Part shown: piece after piece, positions 10,610 through 20,359 of the stretch | Position numbering within the stretch: the stretch's first letter is position 1 | How the letters are laid out: every line of letters begins with the position of its first letter | Assembly (NCBI GenBank): GCA_964519615.1 | Contig: CAZFIM010000001.1 | Coordinates: forward strand, 37,065-101,064 | Length of the DNA stretch: 64,000 nucleotides | Direction of reading: 5' to 3' | Origin: an uncultured Dehalococcoidales bacterium | GTDB lineage: Bacteria > Chloroflexota > Dehalococcoidia > GIF9 > UBA5629 | Translations under genes and position numbers: made by a program | Notes under the pieces: generated by a model | Database searches by the model: none | The model's input: the letters and a program-made list of their open reading frames with translations, nothing else | What the model was told of the DNA's origin: nothing

Positions 10610-12391
10610 TTACTGCGTGTAGGTCACGGTCAACTGCGGCAGACCCGTAAGTAGCCAGATGATACTATCGGCCTGTCCGTCACCATTGGTCGCTGTCTCG
10701 TTATAATGAATCCGCATCTGGAAGCGTGAATGCCCTACTCTGGCCTGCAGCTCATTCTTCACATCGTTGTCTGCAGCCGGCGGCGTCAGTTCCGCTTCAG
10801 CGCAGTAGCGCAGCACCGCTCCCAACGCCGACGCGCTGAAATAGTCGCCGGCATCCAGCATAACATAATCGTCTACATACGCCCTCAGACAACCCAGGTC
10901 GCTGAAAGGGTCTCCGAAGACTATATGCTGGCCGTCGAAATCCACTACCACTTCCTCAATGGTAGCTCCTGCCGGTATAGCGGATATATTGAAGCTAACA
11001 AAAGCCTGGTACGATTTATCGCCCGCGTCGTCCCCTGCTATCATGACGCCGTTGAAAACCGTACCGTCATCGGCCACATAGCCGCCTTCTGTTGAAACGG
11101 CTGGGACCACTATGGTTGTGGAGGCAGCAGCCGGCGGCTGTACAGAAAAGCTTTGGGACTGCGACCACTGGCTCCATAATCCGGCGTTGTTCTGCGCTCT
11201 AACCTTCCATGTCCAGCCCTGACAATTGGCCGGTGGAATGGATCCGCCGCTGGTCTCGGAGTAGCCTGAGCCGGATACCAGCTCATCGATCGCCGCGTTG
11301 GGCATTGTGTCCAGTTTGACGTAAATCTGGTACTGCTTGATACCGCTCTCAGAATCTACGGCGTCAGCCCAGTCAAAGCTCCACGGACTGGTAGGCTGCG
11401 GCAGCGTAGCATTTTGTGCGGGAGAAAGCAGTACCGGGACGCTGGGCGGCGTGTTGTCAGGTGCGCCCGCGGCCACCGCAACCATCACAGACTGGCTGGT
11501 CCAGCCGCTGGCATTGGCGGCTTTGAGAGTATAGGCAGTCATAGCGGGAGGTGTTATCTGCTGCGAGCCTGCGGCCGCCACGGAGCCGATACCATGATCG
11601 ATAACAACAGATGTTGCGCCGGTGACCTTCCAGCTCAATACAGAAGGCTCTCCGGCAATCACGGTCAGCGGATTTGCCTTGAAATAGTGAATAACAGGCT
11701 GGCCCTGGTTCTGAGGAGCAGAGCCGACATACAGAACGGTATTGGCGGTTACCGTATCATTGCCTTTAATTGCTGTCAGCGTATAAGCGGTGGTTGATGC
11801 AGGCGAAACTGTTTTACTGCCTTCTGCAGGAACATCGCCGATACCGCCGTTAATGGCAACTCCGGCAGCGCCGTTAACTTTCCAGACCAGTGTTGCGCTA
11901 TCGCCCGGCTGGATAACAGTCGGATTGACCTGAAAGGTTGCTATGACCGAAGATGTAGTATCCTGCTGTGGTATGTCAATTCCAACTTTAACACGCTCCG
12001 TTACCTCTTCAGACCAGGCATTACTGCTGTCCTTCACTTTGAAGTAGATAATATGCGCCCCTTCCGAGAGAGAAGACGTTCTGAAGTTTGCCTGGTCGCT
12101 CAAACAACCGTCCAGATCAGAGCGCCAGCTGTAATCAGTAATATAGCCGTCAGGATCGATGCCTCGTCCTTTGAAGGTGATTTCACCGCCTGTCGCTACG
12201 GTACGGGGAAGAATAGAACTGATGTTTGCACGGGGAGCCTGGTTATAGCTATCTGCGGTAACCATAACACATGCTGCCGCTGCTGCGGGCAGCAGTACGG
12301 CAAGTATAATAAGCAGCATGAGCAGTTTACTCGTTTTACTTTTCTTAATTGATTCCATCGGGATGCCCTCCTTTTTGAAATATGTTTTCAC
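10610..12391 (-). CDS. secreted/cell-surface protein with signal-anchor and tandem Ig-like (PKD/FN3-like) repeats
   Basis: N-terminal TM or signal peptide. Two ~75-aa repeats (FQVNPTVIQPGDSATLVWKV.. / FKANPLTVIAGEPSVLSWKV..) plus further beta-rich modules. Confidence 0.6.
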   Translation of the reverse strand: MKTYFKKEGIPMESIKKSKTSKLLMLLIILAVLLPAAAAACVMVTADSYNQAPRANISSILPRTVATGGEITFKGRGIDPDGYITDYSWRSDLDGCLSDQANFRTSSLSEGAHIIYFKVKDSSNAWSEEVTERVKVGIDIPQQDTTSSVIATFQVNPTVIQPGDSATLVWKVNGAAGVAINGGIGDVPAEGSKTVSPASTTAYTLTAIKGNDTVTANTVLYVGSAPQNQGQPVIHYFKANPLTVIAGEPSVLSWKVTGATSVVIDHGIGSVAAAGSQQITPPAMTAYTLKAANASGWTSQSVMVAVAAGAPDNTPPSVPVLLSPAQNATLPQPTSPWSFDWADAVDSESGIKQYQIYVKLDTMPNAAIDELVSGSGYSETSGGSIPPANCQGWTWKVRAQNNAGLWSQWSQSQSFSVQPPAAASTTIVVPAVSTEGGYVADDGTVFNGVMIAGDDAGDKSYQAFVSFNISAIPAGATIEEVVVDFDGQHIVFGDPFSDLGCLRAYVDDYVMLDAGDYFSASALGAVLRYCAEAELTPPAADNDVKNELQARVGHSRFQMRIHYNETATNGDGQADSIIWLLTGLPQLTVTYTQ

Positions 12392-12520
12392 AGCTTAAAC
12401 CGTTTAAGTGGTTTTCAAGCACTCACATGTTCAGTCTACATTCAAGCAGCAGTGCCTGCATGATAAATGCCTGATAAGAAACCAACATTTTGCTGACATT
12501 TCGGGCAGTCGCAGGCGTGT

Positions 12521-12549
12521 TTGACAAGAGTGGCATGACGTGTTTAAAT
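12521..12549 (+). promoter_or_regulatory. sigma70-like promoter TTGACA-N17-TTAAAT
   Basis: TTGACA at 12521-12526, 17-nt spacer, TTAAAT at 12544-12549. There is no coding gene directly downstream on this strand. Confidence 0.4.
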
Positions 12550-12556
12550 GAAATCA

Positions 12557-12809
12557 GGAGCCGGGTGGCGTAAATGAAGATGTGGAGGTGAAGCATGAGG
12601 CTTCATGTATTGTACGGAGTATGGCAGGTTGATGAATGATGCCCTGTCTTGCGACAGGGCGAGAAGGACCTCGGGTCCGGTTTGTAAGTGAAAGTAAGGA
12701 CGGCCGGTAGATAAAAGAGGCCGTATACGGTAGTAAGTACCGCACAGGAGCCGGGCTTGCGAGTAGCGTGTAATGAAGGGGTGCTTTTTAAAGTGCCCCT
12801 TTTTCTTTC
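12557..12809 (+). ncRNA. candidate ~250 nt structured small RNA or cis-leader of unknown class
   Basis: Purine-rich. No stop codons in any minus frame (three overlapping spurious minus ORFs). No plus ORF longer than 25 aa. Multiple perfect hairpins (e.g. GCCCTGTC-ttgc-GACAGGGC at 12648-12667). Flanked by the promoter above and an intrinsic terminator. Confidence 0.35.
12777..12809 (+). terminator. rho-independent terminator
   Basis: AGGGGTGC-tttttaaa-GTGCCCCT followed by TTTTCTTTC. Confidence 0.5.
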
Positions 12810-12916
12810 GCTGCACATCTCTGCCTTTTTATACCTGCTGCGATATCCTTGTCCCTGCGGCCGGGATACACTATACTGTGAGAAACAACCGGAGGAAAGG
12901 TGTCCTTTCGTATAAC

Positions 12917-13438
12917 ATGGGTACACATGGGGTACTTTCAAGAGAAGATATCCTCAAGCTGATGAGTGCCACCCCGCCTCTGGTGGAGCATTTGCCTGAT
13001 AGCGAAAGGCAGATTCAGCCCAACGGCATCGATATGACGCTTCGTGATATTGCCATGTTTGAGAGTGCCGGTACGCTCCATCCTGATAACAGCGGCAGGA
13101 TACTATCCGGCACCGCACCGCTGATATTCGACGGGCTGGGCAGCATTATGCTCATACCCGGCTGTTACCTGGTCACCTGCAACGAGATTGTCAACCTGCC
13201 TAAAAACATCATGGCTCTGGCACGCCCGCGCTCGAGCCTTCTGCGCTGCGGCGTGACGGTGCAGAATGCCGTCTGGGATGCCGGATATTGCGGCAGATCA
13301 CAAGCGCTGATGGTGGTCTATAATCCGCTGGGATTCCGTATTTACAGGAACTCGGGCATTATACAGATGGTCTTTTTCCATTTAAGCAGCGAGGCCGCAG
13401 AGGGTTACAACGGCATCTATCAGAATAAAACCTTTTAA
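12917..13438 (+). CDS. dcd: dCTP deaminase/dUTPase-family protein
   Basis: RSSLLRCGVTV..WDAGYCGRSQALM matches the Dcd/dUTPase beta-barrel signature. ATG at 12917 (MGTHGV..). Confidence 0.75.
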   Translation: MGTHGVLSREDILKLMSATPPLVEHLPDSERQIQPNGIDMTLRDIAMFESAGTLHPDNSGRILSGTAPLIFDGLGSIMLIPGCYLVTCNEIVNLPKNIMALARPRSSLLRCGVTVQNAVWDAGYCGRSQALMVVYNPLGFRIYRNSGIIQMVFFHLSSEAAEGYNGIYQNKTF

Positions 13439-13469
13439 ACAGCTTAAACAGCCGCTCTTAAATGGAGTG

Positions 13470-13883
13470 CTAATCTCCTAACGCTTTGACGATTACCCTT
13501 TTCCTGCGCTGGCCGTCGAACTCGGCATAGTAGACCTGCTGCCAGGGGCCGAGATCCGGTTTACCGTCCGAGATAGGAACGATAACCTCATGGTGGATAA
13601 GCAGACTCTTGAGATGGGCATCACCGTTTGTCTCACCGGTTGCATGGTGGCGGTAATCGGGGCGGTAAGGCGCCAGCTTCTCCAGCCACTCCTCGATATC
13701 CGCTATCAACCCTGATTCGGCATCGTTGACATATACTCCGGCGGTAATATGCATAGCGGAGACCAGCACAAAGCCCTCCATTATGCCGCTCTTCTTAATA
13801 ATCTGCTCGACCGTGGGCGTGATATTGATAAACTCCCGCTGTTTTCCCGTATTGAACCAGAGATATTCGGTATAATGCTTCAT
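13470..13883 (-). CDS. yjbQ: YjbQ/UPF0047-family protein
   Basis: Full-length match in family size and motifs ([27 protein letters not shown]). Confidence 0.8.
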   Translation of the reverse strand: MKHYTEYLWFNTGKQREFINITPTVEQIIKKSGIMEGFVLVSAMHITAGVYVNDAESGLIADIEEWLEKLAPYRPDYRHHATGETNGDAHLKSLLIHHEVIVPISDGKPDLGPWQQVYYAEFDGQRRKRVIVKALGD

Positions 13884-14509
13884 ATGCTTCCTCCTGTCCG
13901 GTGTTTTCTCTTCAATAATATATACCCGGCCTGCCTGTATGCCACTGTTGCTTTATATGCCCTCCGCAGGGTTGCTTCCGCACTATATCCGGATGGAGAA
14001 GATAGTCTGCGGCTATTGTAGGCAGGGAATATGAGGCCTGTCAATCGGATTGGGGCAGGTAGTTAAGCTTCCAGCCGTAATTTTACTCCCGGATTATCAT
14101 TGCCTATCCTGATTACAGCGGGATACGGCAATTCGGGCGGGGTGGCGGAAAAATCTGCAATAGTTCTGGAAAAACAGGGCTTTTTACTTATTGCCAACGT
14201 CTGCACTTTTACTGTATAGTAATAAATAATGTTTGCAGGTCAGGGCCGCGGCAGAGGTACGTATTTCATTCACACGAGCTGTAATAACATCTGTACTAAC
14301 TCCTGATTTCCCGGATTCGGTTAACCAAAACCGTTATCGTCAGAGTTGTCATAGCGAAAAGGATATCGAATTCGAAATCGAGTAGACTATTATTCCACCA
14401 TGTAGTACAATACTGTGGGCCGTAAAAGACCCGTTTAAAATAATTGAGTCTGTACCTTAAGCACTTTGAAAAAATTTTGCTTACCACAGAGATGAAAGGA
14501 GGTATTTAA

Positions 14510-17182
14510 GTGCCAGTAAAAAAAGAGGTAGCAAAATCTCAATCCAAGGCATCCCCCGGCGATCTGCCGGCAGTGGGAGCCGACAAAACGGTAATCAAGT
14601 CCCTGGGGCTCAGCGGGGGCATCTTTGGAGCAGTGCCCAGCTCCATCGATGTTAAGAACGGAAAAATTGTCCGTATCAGGCCGCTGCATTTCGACTCCAA
14701 GTACGATCCCAAAACATTCAATCCCTGGAAAATAGAAAAGAACGGTCACACTCTCGAACCTCTCATGAAGGCTGTCCCGTCTCCTTTCTCTCTCGCCTAT
14801 AAAAAGAGGGTCTACTCCCCCAACCGCATCAAGTATCCTCTGAAGAGAGTTGATTGGGACCCCAACGGAGAGAGAAACCCACAAAACCGCGGCAGAAGCA
14901 AATACAAGAGAATTTCCTGGGAGGAAGCGTCCACTATCCTTGCCAATGAGATCAGGCGCATCCACAAGGAGTACGGTCCTCTGGCCATTTTATGTCAGGC
15001 TGACGGCCACGGTGAATGCAAGCTTATCCATGCTCCGCACGGCTGCTCCACCCTGCTTTTCGATAAAATGGGCGGCTTTACCCAGCAGGTAAGAAACCCC
15101 GATAGCTGGGAAGGCTGGTATTGGGGCGCCAAGCACGTCTGGGGACCCGGCCTTATCGGTATGATGGCCCCCAATGACAATATCGTGAAAGACATCACCG
15201 AGCACAGTGATATGGTTGTCGTCTGGGGCGGCGACCCGGAAACCACAGCGTGGGGCTTCCGCGGTCAATTCGCCAGCCGCCTGCTGTTCTTCTGGTCTCA
15301 GGTCGGAATAAAGCAGGTCTATATCTGCCCGGAGGTCAATTACTCCGTGGCAATTCACGCCGACAAATGGATCCCTGTACTGCCCAATACGGATTCCGCC
15401 TTGCAGCTTGCGGTCATGTATATGTGGATTACCGAAGGCACCTATGATAAAGAATATGTCAAGACGCATACCGTTGGCTTCGATAAAGTTAAAGCGTATG
15501 TGATGGGTGAGGAAGACGGCATCCCCAAGACACCTAAATGGGCCTCACCTAAATGCGGTGTCCCCGTCTGGACCATCAAGGCTCTTGCCAGAGACTGGGC
15601 TAAGAAGATCGTTACCATCGGCCACTACTTTGCCGGCGGCATGGCGCGCGGCCCTTACTCGCACGAGCCTGCCCGTCTGGAATGTATCCTTCTGGGCATG
15701 CAAGGGCTGGGCAAACCCGGCGTTCATCAGGCCCAGATAGCTTATGTAGGTATGCCGCGCAACGTTATCGGCGGTACTGGTCATATGGGCATGTTCCAGA
15801 ACCTTTCCAAGCATCCTCTGGGAAAAAGGCTTCTCACACCCCACCAGACCACTCCCACCGCCTGGGGCAAGCAGCTTATACCCAAAACGCTGATTGAAAA
15901 AGGTATACGTGAAGGTAAGGTGGAATTCTGGGGCACTGGAGCCCATGAAATTCCCGTACCCGACCAATATAAAAAATACACCTATCCCATTCCCAAGGAA
16001 CAGGGGGGTACGGAGTTCCATATGATTTGGACGGATACTCCCTGCCGCCAGACCTGCTGGAACTGTGGAAACGATGTGGCTGAGGCTGCCCGCAGTCCCA
16101 AGATCGAGTGTTTCGTAGCGCAGCATCCCTGGCTGGAGAACGATTGTTTGCTGGCGGATATCATTCTGCCCTCCAATACCACCCTGGAAGTTAACGATAT
16201 CATGCCCTGCGTCAGGCACGGCGACAGTTTCCAGAGCCTCCTGCTCATGGAACAGGCTATCCCGCCCATCGGAGAATCCAAGAGCGACTTCGAGGTGGTT
16301 TGCGAGGTAGCGAAGAAGCTGGGCATGGAGGAAGCGGTCACTGAAGGAAAGACGGTTGAGGAATTACAGAAGATCGTCTTTGAAAACATGGGACTCGGCA
16401 ACAGGATAACCTGGAAAGAGTTCAAGGAAAAACAGTACTATGTTATTCCGGTAGCGGAAGATTGGGAGAAAGACCCCGCCGGATTATACAATTTCTATAA
16501 AGACCCCAAGAAATATCCCATCGATACTCCCACCGGAAAGCTGGAGTTCTGGTCTGAATCGCTGGAAAAAGCATTCCCCGATGATAAGGAGAGACCGCCC
16601 ATACCCAAGTACGTTGAGAAGGGCATTACTCATGATGAGTCCATCTTCAGCAAGAGGGCTCAAGCATATCCTCTGCTGGTCATGTCAAATCACGGACGCT
16701 GGAGGGTCCACGCCCAATGCGATGATATCGTCTGGACGCGCGAAGCCCTTACCGGCAAGGTTAAGGGCATGGACGGCTACATGTATGAACCCTGCTGGAT
16801 GAATCCCAAAGACGCCGCCGACAGAGGCATCAAAACGGGCGATATCGTCAAGGTCTTCAACGAGAGAGGCGCGGTCCTGTGCGGCGCTCTCGTCTGGGAA
16901 CGGATTATGCCCGGAGCGGTCTCCATCGACCACGGCGCGCGTGTTGACTTCATCATACCCGGCAAGCTGGATAGAGGCGGCGCCATCAACCTCATTACAC
17001 CGGAAGGGATCGTCTCCAAGCACGCTGCCGGTCAGGCAACCAGCGGTTTCCTGGCACAGGTGGAAAAAGTGTCTCTGGGGCAGATGCAAGAATGGAAAGA
17101 GCAGTATCCGGAGGCCTTTAATAGGGAATACGATCCGGCAAGCGGACTACGCTTCAATGCCTGGGTACAGGAGGATAAATAA
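14510..17182 (+). CDS. molybdopterin (bis-MGD) oxidoreductase large subunit, pyrogallol hydroxytransferase-like; no TAT signal, no N-terminal Fe-S motif
   Basis: GTG start at 14510 with AAAGGAGG 9 nt upstream. 890 aa. DMSO-reductase-family fold. Lacks an RR motif and a Cys cluster at the N-terminus. Confidence 0.75.
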   Translation: MPVKKEVAKSQSKASPGDLPAVGADKTVIKSLGLSGGIFGAVPSSIDVKNGKIVRIRPLHFDSKYDPKTFNPWKIEKNGHTLEPLMKAVPSPFSLAYKKRVYSPNRIKYPLKRVDWDPNGERNPQNRGRSKYKRISWEEASTILANEIRRIHKEYGPLAILCQADGHGECKLIHAPHGCSTLLFDKMGGFTQQVRNPDSWEGWYWGAKHVWGPGLIGMMAPNDNIVKDITEHSDMVVVWGGDPETTAWGFRGQFASRLLFFWSQVGIKQVYICPEVNYSVAIHADKWIPVLPNTDSALQLAVMYMWITEGTYDKEYVKTHTVGFDKVKAYVMGEEDGIPKTPKWASPKCGVPVWTIKALARDWAKKIVTIGHYFAGGMARGPYSHEPARLECILLGMQGLGKPGVHQAQIAYVGMPRNVIGGTGHMGMFQNLSKHPLGKRLLTPHQTTPTAWGKQLIPKTLIEKGIREGKVEFWGTGAHEIPVPDQYKKYTYPIPKEQGGTEFHMIWTDTPCRQTCWNCGNDVAEAARSPKIECFVAQHPWLENDCLLADIILPSNTTLEVNDIMPCVRHGDSFQSLLLMEQAIPPIGESKSDFEVVCEVAKKLGMEEAVTEGKTVEELQKIVFENMGLGNRITWKEFKEKQYYVIPVAEDWEKDPAGLYNFYKDPKKYPIDTPTGKLEFWSESLEKAFPDDKERPPIPKYVEKGITHDESIFSKRAQAYPLLVMSNHGRWRVHAQCDDIVWTREALTGKVKGMDGYMYEPCWMNPKDAADRGIKTGDIVKVFNERGAVLCGALVWERIMPGAVSIDHGARVDFIIPGKLDRGGAINLITPEGIVSKHAAGQATSGFLAQVEKVSLGQMQEWKEQYPEAFNREYDPASGLRFNAWVQEDK

Positions 17183-18006
17183 TGAAAAAGAAAGTCTTTG
17201 TAATCGATATTTCCAAGTGCAACGGATGTCATACCTGCCAGGTAGCCTGCAAAGACGAACATGTGGGCAATGACTGGACTCCTATAGCCAAGCCCCAGCC
17301 GGACAGCGGCCAGTTCTGGCTTGAGCTGACCGAGAGGGTCAGAGGCACCGTTCCTAAGGTAAAAGTAGCTTACCGTCCTCATCTTTGCGTCCACTGCGAC
17401 AAGGCCCCCTGTATGGATGCCTGCCCCATAGAGGGCACAATCTACAAGAGAGACGACGGTCTGGTGATTATCGATCCGGAGAAGTGCAACGGCTGTAAGA
17501 ATTGTGTGGATGCCTGCCCTTACGATGTTATCTTCTTCAATGAGGACCTCAATATCGCCCAGAAATGTACGGGCTGCGCTCATCTGCTCGATGGCGGCTG
17601 GACGGAGCCCCGCTGTGCCGATGCCTGTCCCACGCTGGCCCTGCGCTTAATGGATGAAGACAAAGCCAAAGACCTGATAGCAAAGGCCGAGGTCTGGAAA
17701 CCGGAGCTTAAAAACAAGGTGAAGCCGAGGGTCTATTACCTCAACCTGCCTAAAAAGTTTATTGCCGGCACTGTCTATGATCCGGTAGAGGAAGAGGTAA
17801 TCATCGGAGCTACCTGTACTCTGACGGAAGCCAAGGGCGGTCAGGAATATAAGATCAAGACCGACAGCTACGGCGATTTCTGGTTTGAAGACCTGAAAGA
17901 CGGTAAATTCAATCTGGAGATTAAGAGCGGTAAAAAGGTAAAAACCTTCAAAGGTCTGAATACTGCAGAGGCAGATATCAACCTGGGAGATATTCCGCTC
18001 ACGTAG
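17182..18006 (+). CDS. 4Fe-4S ferredoxin-type small subunit with C-terminal Ig/transthyretin-like domain (transhydroxylase beta-like)
   Basis: 274 aa. Four Cys motifs (CNGCHTCQVAC, CVHCDKAPCMDAC, CNGCKNCVDAC, CTGC..CADAC). ATGA overlap with the alpha subunit stop. Confidence 0.8.
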   Translation: MKKKVFVIDISKCNGCHTCQVACKDEHVGNDWTPIAKPQPDSGQFWLELTERVRGTVPKVKVAYRPHLCVHCDKAPCMDACPIEGTIYKRDDGLVIIDPEKCNGCKNCVDACPYDVIFFNEDLNIAQKCTGCAHLLDGGWTEPRCADACPTLALRLMDEDKAKDLIAKAEVWKPELKNKVKPRVYYLNLPKKFIAGTVYDPVEEEVIIGATCTLTEAKGGQEYKIKTDSYGDFWFEDLKDGKFNLEIKSGKKVKTFKGLNTAEADINLGDIPLT

Positions 18007-18032
18007 CCGAGCTCTGCATGAGAGTTCCATAA

Positions 18033-18062
18033 GGGGGCCTGATTACGGCCCCCTTATTTTTT
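18033..18062 (+). terminator. rho-independent terminator
   Basis: AAGGGGGCC-tgatta-CGGCCCCCTT followed by ATTTTTTA. Confidence 0.6.
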
Positions 18063-18173
18063 ACCCGACGCAGATAAAAATACTGTGATCTGATAACGAC
18101 TTCGTGATTGTGCGCATATTATTATCGGTCGCACATTGTCCGCAGTATGATATAAGCCGGCTGCCCGTTACCT

Positions 18174-19508
18174 TCAGGGATGTTCCATCTCCTCTATAAT
18201 CTTTTCTATATCTTCCGGTTTCTTGAAGGGGTCATCAACGATATACCTGATGATACCCTGCCGGTCGACAAAAAAGGTAGTAGGGAGAAATTCCAGCTTA
18301 TAGCTCTCAGCCACTTTTCCATCATAGTCCAGTAAAACGGGGAAGCTTATGTCCTGGGCCATAACATATATCTCCACCGATTTCTGCTTACCGTATACAT
18401 TAATAGCCAGCACCGTTGCCCCCTTGTCCTTCCACTGATCATAGAAAGATTGAAGCTGGGGTATCTCCCCCCGGCAGGCACCGCATGAAGCTATCCAGAA
18501 ATTGACCAGTACGATAGAGCCCTGCAGGTCGCTCAGTTTCACCTTTTGTCCATTTAAGTCCGAAAGCTCGAAATCAGGCGCAACGCTGCCTTCCTCCGGA
18601 CCTGTAGGCAGGGAAGCCAGTGTTGTGAAGCCCTCGGGTGCTTCATAGGTAGCTTTGTTGCCCCGTGAATCGGCAGAGATGACAACAAAGGTATACCCCG
18701 TATTGGGTTCCAGTCCCGTAACAGTGACAACATGATCGGTTACCGGAGTTTCATCGATATCCGTAAAATAAGAATGATTAGGTGTTGAGATACCCACCTG
18801 GCTGGTGGACAGTTTATCGGTCTTCCAGGTAATGACCGCCCCTGTGTGCGTTATCTGGACCGCTTCTGCCTCGGATATGGCAGGCGGGGACTCATGATCC
18901 GGGGTCAATCCCTTTATCTCGGCAATCATCCCGGCAACATCGCTTACCACGGCGGCTCCATGATCGGCCCCGTCGGGAGCCTTCACTTTTTTAGCTCGTA
19001 TGACGCCCTGCTCATCGATGAATATGGCCGCTGGAAAAGTGTCCAGACCGTATTGTCCGTAGACAAGGCTGTCCGGATCCAGCAGGACGGGAAAAGTATA
19101 TCCCTCGACGGTGATAAAATCGCTTACCGCCTGGCTGTTCTCGCCGATATCGATAGCCAGCACCTTGAGGCCTTCACTGGAGAAGGTCTGTGCCGTATCC
19201 TGCAGCAAAGGCAGGTCATAGACGCATTGAGTACACCACGATGCCCAAAAATAAAGCAGAACGATACTCCCCCTGTAATCACTTAGCGAGACGGGTCTTC
19301 CCCCGATATCAAACAGTGTGAAGTCGGGCGCCAGTTTGCCCACGTCCACCCCCACCTCAGGCCCCGGCTCATCTGCAGGGAGAGGATTCTCTGCATCTGC
19401 AGGCACAGGACTTTCTGCGGGGGAAGCGGCAAATAACACGATCCCCCATGCCGCCAGTCCCACAATACACACCGCCGCAATCACCACGGGCAGCATATGG
19501 CGCCGCAT
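18174..19508 (-). CDS. membrane-anchored thiol-disulfide oxidoreductase with TlpA-like thioredoxin, FN3-like and second TlpA-like domains
   Basis: TM helix. Two CxxC redoxin motifs (WCTQC and CGAC). Central FN3-like segment. Start chosen at MRRHM (ATG 19508). Confidence 0.7.
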   Translation of the reverse strand: MRRHMLPVVIAAVCIVGLAAWGIVLFAASPAESPVPADAENPLPADEPGPEVGVDVGKLAPDFTLFDIGGRPVSLSDYRGSIVLLYFWASWCTQCVYDLPLLQDTAQTFSSEGLKVLAIDIGENSQAVSDFITVEGYTFPVLLDPDSLVYGQYGLDTFPAAIFIDEQGVIRAKKVKAPDGADHGAAVVSDVAGMIAEIKGLTPDHESPPAISEAEAVQITHTGAVITWKTDKLSTSQVGISTPNHSYFTDIDETPVTDHVVTVTGLEPNTGYTFVVISADSRGNKATYEAPEGFTTLASLPTGPEEGSVAPDFELSDLNGQKVKLSDLQGSIVLVNFWIASCGACRGEIPQLQSFYDQWKDKGATVLAINVYGKQKSVEIYVMAQDISFPVLLDYDGKVAESYKLEFLPTTFFVDRQGIIRYIVDDPFKKPEDIEKIIEEMEHP

Positions 19509-19909
19509 AAACGAGCCCGCCTTTTGGAGGCAACGCTTTTCACGTAGTTTTCCTATAAAGCCATGACAATCTGTAATCCAGCCCGTAAACTTCATGATAC
19601 TCTCAGGCCTGTATACCTATCCTTTATTATATACTCTCTAAGGGAAACGGTTTATATGCAGAATAATCTTGATAACGTACACTATATCATATATCCGCAG
19701 TATGAGGCGACAGCGTTTAAGTACCGGTATACGCTGCCGCGCTGTACACCATCAAGCTGAACTATCGTATAGAAATATAACGCAAAAAGGAAGGTACGTG
19801 TTCAATTATCCGCCTGCCTCAATGAGCGGCTCTATGATAATATGATATACTCAAACGTATCACTTGCAGGTTGCCTTGGGGGCGCCATCCTGCATGGAGG
19901 AGACGATAT

Positions 19910-20359
19910 ATGGCAAACCTGATTTATGAGATGCCTACACGCTACGACAGGGGGATAAAGATCCTTTTCCTGATAATACTGCTCGTACTGGTTATTCCCG
20001 CCATATTCATCTTCGACAGCGACCGCGAGGGCGCTTTTGCAATGCTGGGGACCGTTATCCTGGTGGCATTCATCCTCTGGTTTATCATGCCGCGTAAACT
20101 GCGAATCATGGAGGACAGGCTGCAGGTTGTGCTCGGCAGCCCGTTTACATTCACAATTCCCTTCACTGCAATAAAAGAGGTCCGTATACCGCGAGGGCTG
20201 ACAAGCGGTGTCAACTTCTGCACCGCCCTCAGCGGCGTGGTGCAGATCGTCCGAAAGGGTAAAATGAGCGTAAATATTACGCCGGCCGAGCCGGCGCAAT
20301 TTATGGAATATCTCAATAAAGCGCTGTCAAATTCGCAGATACCGCATGAGGGCAGGTAA
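19910..20359 (+). CDS. hypothetical membrane protein (bacterial PH-domain-like)
   Basis: GGAGGA at 19895 then ATG at 19910. Two TM helices followed by a small beta-rich domain. Confidence 0.4.
   Translation: MANLIYEMPTRYDRGIKILFLIILLVLVIPAIFIFDSDREGAFAMLGTVILVAFILWFIMPRKLRIMEDRLQVVLGSPFTFTIPFTAIKEVRIPRGLTSGVNFCTALSGVVQIVRKGKMSVNITPAEPAQFMEYLNKALSNSQIPHEGR

Noticed and set aside
12557-12809. Possibility that the structured RNA is RNase P RNA, SRP RNA or tmRNA
   Set aside because: It is too short (~250 nt). It lacks the P4 strands (AGGAAAGUCCGGGCUC / ACAGAANCCGGCUUA) in a complementary arrangement. It lacks the SRP domain IV GGAAGCAGC motif and any tRNA-like 3' end.
12544-12941. Three overlapping minus-strand ORFs (90, 63 and 112 aa)
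   Set aside because: All three frames are open only because the plus strand is purine-rich. The products are low-complexity, and the longest overlaps the dcd start. Spurious.
15545-16425. Minus-strand ORFs of 224 and 147 aa inside the Mo-enzyme alpha gene
   Set aside because: Shadow ORFs opposite a conserved molybdopterin oxidoreductase.
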